From contig CAYMNZ010000003.1 of NCBI GenBank assembly GCA_964391975.1, positions 1 to 49,448 on the forward strand: a stretch of DNA of 49,448 nt. Direction: 5' to 3'. The notes beneath the pieces are model-generated. The model ran no database searches. It worked only from the letters and a program-made list of their open reading frames with translations, and was not told the origin of the DNA. Both the position numbers and the translations under genes were made by a program. Source of the stretch: an uncultured Candidatus Saccharibacteria bacterium. Lineage in GTDB: Bacteria; Patescibacteriota; Minisyncoccia; Phycocordibacterales; Phycocordibacteraceae. Shown here piece after piece: positions 45,901 through 49,448 of the stretch (positions are counted from its first letter, which is position 1; each line of letters starts with the position of its first letter).

Positions 45901-48900
45901 CGCCACCTCAACAAACGGTGTAGGCGCACCAACCACTTTGTTCGCCATCGCATCGACCACGGCAGGGACGGCGACTTCAACGCTGTTCTCTATAGGAAAT
46001 ACAGGAACCATCACTACGGTTCTCGGCACCCCTGCCGGCACTTTCCTAGCTGCAGATCCGTCAGGTAACATCATCGCCACCACCTCTCCAAGCAGTGGGG
46101 GAATCACAGCGATCGGTCCTACTGGCCAGACCGCAGATGGCCCAACAGTCACGTTCGCAACTTCATCGACCGCCTTCAACGGCCTTACCCCAGGCCTCAC
46201 TATCACAGGCTCAGGAGACACACTGACTTTTGCTTCCGCACTCTCCGGCACACTCGACAACGCAGGACTTACAAACAGCACTGTCTCGTATGGTGGCGTC
46301 TCGCTCGCGCTTGGTGGAAGCGACGCCACTCCGGCATTCGACCTCACTGATGCAACGAACCTTCCAATCGTTGCGGGCACCACTGGCACGCTCACCGTCG
46401 CGCGAGGCGGCACAGGACAAACCACATTCACATCTGGTCAACTGCTCTACGGCAACGGTACAGCAGCGCTCTCGAGTGTTGCCACAACCTCTCTCACTCT
46501 CGCTTCTGAGTTCTCACACTCAGGAACTATTGGTTCCTTGATTGGCGGCGTCGCAGGAACGCTCTCGCTGACTAACAACGGCGTTGCACTCACCAAGCTC
46601 GCGCAGATTGCAGCGAACTCGATTCTTGGAAACGTAACTGGTGCAGCCGGGAACGTAACTGCAATTGCGACTTCATCGCTCGGCATCGCAATCTCTGACA
46701 CCACCGGCACCCTTGCTGTTGATAGGGGAGGCACTGGCGCAGCGACCTTCACCAACAACCGCGTCCTCACCGGTAACGGCACGAGCGCACTGGTTGATGA
46801 AGCGAACCTCACCTTCGACGGCACTATACTTTCAACGCCAAGCCTTTCCGTAGCCAATGCAACCAGCACCGACTCGCTCTACATCACGCCGCTTGGTACT
46901 GCGGCCGGCACCTTCCTTGCTGCAGACCCAACTGGACGCATCATCGCTACCACGACTCCTTCAAGTAGCGGCGGCATCACCGCCATCGGCCCGGCCGGAC
47001 AAACCGCAGATGGCCCGACGGTCACGTTTGCCACCTCAACAAGTGCCAACAATGGCCTCACCCCGAATCTTGTCATTACCGGTTCAGGTGACACTCTCAC
47101 GTATACCTCCTCTCTCTCGGGCACTCTCACGAACGCGGGTCTCGCAAACTCCACAGTCTCCTACGGCGGCGTCACTCTCTCTCTCGGCGGCTCAGATGCA
47201 ACTCCTGCCTTCAACCTCGTAGATGCCACGGGCCTCCCAATCTCAACCGGCGTCTCAGGACTCGGCACTGGGGTTGCCACAGCGCTCGGTGTCAACGTCG
47301 GCACCGCTGGATCGTTTGTTGTGAATGGTGGGGCACTTGGCACGCCGTCCTCGGGTACACTCACCAACGCCACGGGGCTCCCAATCTCGACCGGTGTTTC
47401 GGGTCTTGCGGCTGGTATCGCCACATGGCTAGGCACTCCGTCGTCCGCAAACCTCATAACTGCAGTCACCGACGAAACAGGATCAGGTGCCCTTGTCTTT
47501 GCAACGAGTCCATCCTTCACCACTCCAATTCTTGGCACTCCTACGTCAGCAACCCTCACCAATGCAACCGGCCTCCCAATCTCAACCGGCGTCTCGGGAC
47601 TGGGTACTGGTGTGGCAACGTTCCTCGGAACGCCGTCGAGCGCGAACCTAATTACCGCAGTTACTGACGAAACTGGCTCTGGCGCTCTTGTCTTCGGCAC
47701 GAGCCCTACTATTTCTGGTGCCACCCTCTCGGGAAACGTAAGTCTTGCAAATGCCACTTCCACTAACCACTTCGTCCAGACACTTTCCGCAAACACGGCG
47801 CGCTTCGGTCAGACCGCCACCTCCTCCTTCGCTTCCACTGGTGCACTTACGCTTGCAACCGCACTCACCGTTGCAAACGGAGGCACGGGCGCAACCACGC
47901 TCACTGGCATGCTCAAAGGCAACGGAACTAGCGCATTCACTGCCGGGGTAGATGGTACAGACTTCACGCTTACTAACGCCATCACATGTACTAACCAGGC
48001 CATTACTGCTGTCACCGCTGCAGGAGTATCGACCTGTTCATCTATTAACGACGCCTACTGGTCAGGCACCGACCTCTCGGTTGCCAACGGAGGCTCTGGC
48101 GCCTCAACGCTGACGGGTATTCTCCTTGGAAACGGCACTTCAGCCTTTACCGGACTTACCACCTCTGCGGGCATTAGTGGCGCGCTTTCGGACGAAACTG
48201 GCTCTGGCGCTCTCGTCTTTGCAACGAGTCCGTCGTTTACAACACCAGCACTCGGTACGCCATCTTCAGGAACTCTTACCAACGCAACGGGTCTTCCAAT
48301 CTCAACTGGTGTTTCGGGACTGGGCACTGGTGTCGCGACATTCCTCGGAACACCGTCGTCAGCGAACCTTCGTACCGCGCTTACAGACGAGACGGGCACA
48401 GGAGCTGCTGTATTCGCTGACGCTCCTACACTCACCAGTACGCTAACGCATACTGGACAGATATTCGCCAACACAAACGCTACCAACTTCGTGCTGACTG
48501 GTTTGACTGACATCTATGTAGATCTCGACAACGACAGTAACGGCACAAACTCATTTATTATTAGGAACGGATCCGACGTGGCTGCGCTCACCCTTACTGA
48601 GGGCGGAGTCCTCACCACGGGAGGTGATATCTCAGTCGGCGGCGGTACCGGGAAAATTACCGTCGGTACAATCGACCCGGTCTATACGATAGATGGGGTT
48701 AATTACGCAACGTACGTCGCTGGCATGGTGGGACAGAAGGAAGAGGTGACTGGCACCGCTGATGTCGTGACGCCGACGACGGCAGCTGACGGCAGTACGG
48801 GCTACTCCTACACGGTTGATTTTGACGAGGAGATGGCGGGCAACGACCTCTGGCTCTTCTCTCAGGCGTCACATCTACGCAAGAACATCGACAAGCTCGT

Positions 48901-49448
48901 CGTGCTCCTCTCAGCAGAAGGAGGGACTAAGGTGTGGTACAACGTCGACCGCGCAAACCGGAAAGTGTACTTCCTTTCCGATGTACCGACACGCGTTTCC
49001 TACCGCATGACGGCTCCTCGGTTCGACTACGAGACATGGACGAACTACAACCAGGATGCGGTTAACGGATTCGTACCACCGTACGATGACCTCGATGATT
49101 ACTTTGATGACAGTAGCGATATGTTCTCCTTCAGCAATACCAACCTGCTGTCAGGCACCACAACCCTTGCGGACCTTATCGAGCAGGTACCGGAAGACGA
49201 GGAGGGAGAGACGAAACCGTGGATGGGTGCACTTGCGGGCGTGAGCACTGGACTTAAGGAGGCGATGGACTCATTGACGGAGGTGACAATCAACGCCTTT
49301 GAAGGTGCGCAGTACTACGCTGACGGCATCTTCAAGCGCATCTTCGCGCAAGAAGTGCACACCGACCAGCTCTGTGTCTCCGACGAGACAGGAGAGACCT
49401 GCATCACGCGTGCACAGCTTAATGATCTGCTTGCGGGAGCAGCAGCCT
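39911..49448 (+). CDS. Giant membrane-anchored repeat protein, 3'-partial (>=3,179 codons): HTH-like module + TM helix + tail-fibre-like Thr/Gly/Ser/Asn-rich ectodomain. NOT in the supplied ORF track
   Basis: I translated frame 2 codon by codon from ATG 39911 to base 49447 and met no stop. The upstream in-frame stop is TAA 39863-39865, with no alternative start between. The protein repeats are coherent, and all listed ORFs in this span are out-of-frame or antisense. Confidence 0.9.
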   Translation, partial: MTTPLNTNLISTKHASEISGYHPDYIGRLCRSGKINSTQFGRSWLVDRDSLVAFCKTQDQKKKESAEELSRIREQEYQVARNGHSGHVSLKTTSRTPAVRNRGKSIPSPFFDNAVATLVALVVGTASLYALHSPVGQFVGTKALEVTSTTALGVRILAADLPAWPTIDRHTTANATVGLQAPIFTGPIVIPSVAQTDVTTGYIAVSDTDLPLENDVNTKGRLQSIPVASLVASAGNALANPQGTLTDIYIGIGESVHSLIVGGLETYTNGLADAGNLWIESGYSARDALFALGESGLAAELSLGNGTIRTAEAILDAHEVGIYGFIESTPQISLAVLKTAHAIGDTVASAVASVPPSLASGYDGAVVGWVEGSLGVASSMERNLLAAAHNINQAGDSIRTAYLEAINGTGSLAYENANGVVSGTRATGQALALAFSGEGPDFVALVTQQRDVFGSTVQERSDSQSASGALAAATAEASIYKVGEDVALYTYVTINNLFYKGLSAVASLFKQAPVAFVPLPQGDTTSAGTSSSYSIISQTPVQNIVNQITIQGVTFDYLERRLRETRSSILDSRAISNNSSNSNSGGGGSGSVTSVDASGGTTGLTFTGGPITSTGTLTLSGTLNLINGGTGLTSYTAGDILYADGSGNLAKLPVGSAGQVLKVTAGFPAWGADISASGGAGAWATTTDSLAVYPTDTSNVVIIGSNATSTTGNIFEVVGNALFRGAITTYNVLTASNFTSTSTTAINTFPNLSTTNATSTGSLYITPLGTAAGTFLAVDANGRVIATTSPLAAAVTSIGPAGQTADGPAVTFATSSTAFNGLTPNLTITGSGDTLTYTSALSGTLGVGGGGTGQTTFTSGQLLYGNGTAALSSVATTSLTLASEFSHSGTIGSLIGGAAGTLSLTNSGVALTKLAQIAANSILGNLTGATGNVTAIATSSLGIALSDTTGTLAVNRGGTGAATFTNNRLLTGNGTSALVDEANLTFDGSLLTVTGNASTTGISSSYASSTNAFFGNLSIGSLTGILKATAGVVSTATAGVDFENPLSFIYPLVRSVDSISLAFGTTTANSWSAHNIFSSLFATNASTTNATTTGTQYITPLGTAAGAFLAVDPTGKVIATSTPSGGSGITAIGPTGQTADGPTVTFATSTSANNGLTPNLVITGSGDTLTYTSSLSGTLTNAGLANSTVSYGGVTLSLGGSDATPAFDLTDATNLPIVAGTTGTLTVARGGTGQTSFTSSQLLYGNGTAALSSVATTSLTLASEFSHSGTIGSLIGGAAGTLSLTNNGVALTKLAQIAANSILGNLTGATGDVTAIATSSLYTGTPGQVLARVGSTWVGVATTTAGTGLTYDGTSFNVDSSQFTPTTRTLTVAGTANQITSSAGAQDLSANRTWTLSLPSHVVFPGNFQVTNSTTTNATTTALDVTGLLTFGGVTGNSWDDFCTTITGGSGLCDGVDNTGGGAGLATSTDIADTQIIYGTSASDVGSEAVFTYDDATDRLTVINASTTNISASYASSTQGFFGNLSIGNLTGFLKATAGVVSTATIDLVNDVGSSILAVVNGGTGWGNITANAILLGNGTSRLATTSAGTNGQVLALVGGVPTWTATTTAGTGLTYSGGAFNVNTSQNIATLSNLTSDGVVYTSGGAGTLNVDSGALDVARGGTGQATFTSSQLLYGNGTSALSSVATTSLTLASEFSHSGTIGSLIGGSAGTLSLTNNGVALTKLAQIAANSILGNITGAAGNVTAFATSSLGIALSDTTGTLAVDRGGTGAATFTDNRILTGNGTSALVDEANLTFDGSLLTVTGNASTTQLTTTGSSYLATMGGNVGVGTTSPWGRFSINNSTNDPAGQPLFVIASSTASATTTLLSVRNDGALLVFDGTSNGSTKSIGFQSQPDLGFFRRAANRITFGENTGNLEFVSSGTNDGIRLAGGADIIWTSTSLASGTDDTFFHRVAAGTVGVGTASAGQAGLMSGTFAAERLGLGTTTPYAQLSIVATSTNGVGAPTTLFAIASTTAGTATSTLFSIGNTGTITTVLGTPAGTFLAADPSGNIIATTSPSSGGITAIGPTGQTADGPTVTFATSSTAFNGLTPGLTITGSGDTLTFASALSGTLDNAGLTNSTVSYGGVSLALGGSDATPAFDLTDATNLPIVAGTTGTLTVARGGTGQTTFTSGQLLYGNGTAALSSVATTSLTLASEFSHSGTIGSLIGGVAGTLSLTNNGVALTKLAQIAANSILGNVTGAAGNVTAIATSSLGIAISDTTGTLAVDRGGTGAATFTNNRVLTGNGTSALVDEANLTFDGTILSTPSLSVANATSTDSLYITPLGTAAGTFLAADPTGRIIATTTPSSSGGITAIGPAGQTADGPTVTFATSTSANNGLTPNLVITGSGDTLTYTSSLSGTLTNAGLANSTVSYGGVTLSLGGSDATPAFNLVDATGLPISTGVSGLGTGVATALGVNVGTAGSFVVNGGALGTPSSGTLTNATGLPISTGVSGLAAGIATWLGTPSSANLITAVTDETGSGALVFATSPSFTTPILGTPTSATLTNATGLPISTGVSGLGTGVATFLGTPSSANLITAVTDETGSGALVFGTSPTISGATLSGNVSLANATSTNHFVQTLSANTARFGQTATSSFASTGALTLATALTVANGGTGATTLTGMLKGNGTSAFTAGVDGTDFTLTNAITCTNQAITAVTAAGVSTCSSINDAYWSGTDLSVANGGSGASTLTGILLGNGTSAFTGLTTSAGISGALSDETGSGALVFATSPSFTTPALGTPSSGTLTNATGLPISTGVSGLGTGVATFLGTPSSANLRTALTDETGTGAAVFADAPTLTSTLTHTGQIFANTNATNFVLTGLTDIYVDLDNDSNGTNSFIIRNGSDVAALTLTEGGVLTTGGDISVGGGTGKITVGTIDPVYTIDGVNYATYVAGMVGQKEEVTGTADVVTPTTAADGSTGYSYTVDFDEEMAGNDLWLFSQASHLRKNIDKLVVLLSAEGGTKVWYNVDRANRKVYFLSDVPTRVSYRMTAPRFDYETWTNYNQDAVNGFVPPYDDLDDYFDDSSDMFSFSNTNLLSGTTTLADLIEQVPEDEEGETKPWMGALAGVSTGLKEAMDSLTEVTINAFEGAQYYADGIFKRIFAQEVHTDQLCVSDETGETCITRAQLNDLLAGAAA
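39935..40063 (+). other. HTH-like module of the giant protein, paralogous to 38822..38950
   Basis: LISTKHASEISGYHPDYIGRLCRSGKINSTQFGRSWLVDRDSL versus YISSKKAAELTGYAKDYIGQLCREGRVEARLVGRSWYVLESSI gives 21/43 identical residues, ungapped (counted by hand). Confidence 0.6.
40250..40309 (+). other. Predicted single transmembrane helix of the giant protein
   Basis: AVATLVALVVGTASLYAL is preceded by a basic segment (RNRGKS), which implies an N-in / C-out topology. Confidence 0.6.
42200..47220 (+). repeat. In-frame composite super-repeats inside the giant gene (modules A, A', B, D, E)
   Basis: Module A (YITPLGTAAGTFLAVD…ITAIGPxGQTADGPxVTFATS…ITGSGDTLTY) occurs at about 42200, 43199, 46027 and 46877. 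Module B (…RGGTGQTxFTSxQLLYGNGTAALSSVATTSLTLASEFSHSGTIGSLIGG…LTKLAQIAANSILGN…) occurs at about 42448, 43583, 44878 and 46390. Module D (YASSTxxFFGNLSIGxLTGxLKATAGVVSTAT) occurs at about 42925 and 44445. Confidence 0.85.
47221..48420 (+). repeat. Second repeat family in the giant gene (~65-aa unit ATGLPISTGVSGLGTGVATFLGTPSSANLITAVTDETGSGALVFATSPSFTTPxLGTPSSGTLTN)
   Basis: Copies begin at about 47227, 47371, 47566 and 48286, with a partial copy at about 48170. The spacing 47371 to 47566 is 195 nt. Confidence 0.8.

Noticed and set aside
42200-48420. Could the repeated DNA in 42-48 kb be a CRISPR array or a non-coding tandem repeat?
   Set aside because: The units are hundreds of bp long and in frame, and they are conserved at the protein level while diverged at synonymous sites. 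There is no short-repeat/unique-spacer alternation and no cas genes.
40019-48513. Long antisense and out-of-frame ORFs in the track across 40-48.5 kb. Examples: 45370..46431 - (353 aa), 43639..44286 - (215 aa), 47161..47796 - (211 aa), 42925..43413 -, 39987..40505 +, 41130..41687 +.
   Set aside because: All lie inside the uninterrupted frame-2 plus-strand ORF. Their translations are low-complexity Pro/Val/Ala/Ser strings that mirror the Thr/Gly/Ser/Ala-rich sense protein. They have no recognisable motifs and overlap one another. They are shadow ORFs.
38774-49448. Prophage or integrative element, suggested by excisionase-type HTH modules and tail-fibre-like repeats.
   Set aside because: There is no integrase, terminase, capsid, portal or baseplate gene. 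The flanks are housekeeping genes (secA-obg-gatB). Both HTH proteins carry TM helices. The only tRNA lies about 38 kb away with no direct-repeat att candidate seen.

Overview
The window is almost fully coding and nearly all on the plus strand, with many 1-8 nt start/stop overlaps. TGA is used as a stop (e.g. murD, 2468-2470), so the genetic code is standard. Gene content and compaction suggest a small-genome Patescibacteria/CPR-like bacterium (inference only).

Gene order:
- An unassigned hairpin-rich leader, then tRNA-Ile(GAT).
- A PrcB-like protein, then murD-murI-murC-rsmI.
- A small membrane protein and a secreted protein.
- A soluble TraD/VirD4-like P-loop ATPase, translationally coupled to an LPQTG-anchored lamin-tail/PKD surface protein.
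- A ~23 kb surface-glycan locus. It holds an SDR epimerase fusion, about 7 glycosyltransferases, glmM, 4 methyltransferases, a P-loop-NodB fusion, a carbamoyltransferase, an AsnB-type amidotransferase, a minus-strand wzx / type-Ibeta DAHP-synthase-like / kdsB operon, and a Wzy_C-TPR protein.
- murB, a 40-aa histone-H1-like gene, then secA-obg-gatB.

Main result: the largest gene in the window is missing from the supplied ORF track. Frame 2 (+) is open from ATG 39911 to the last base, at least 3,179 codons with no stop in the window. It encodes a cytoplasmic excisionase-type HTH-like module, one TM helix, and a giant Thr/Gly/Ser/Asn-rich ectodomain built of nested repeats. The gene just upstream (38774..39553) carries the same HTH-like module on a tail-anchored protein.

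I propose these two genes as an undescribed membrane-tethered HTH / giant surface fibre module. It may be glycosylated by the adjacent glycan locus.

All functional calls come from motifs read by eye; no database search was run.
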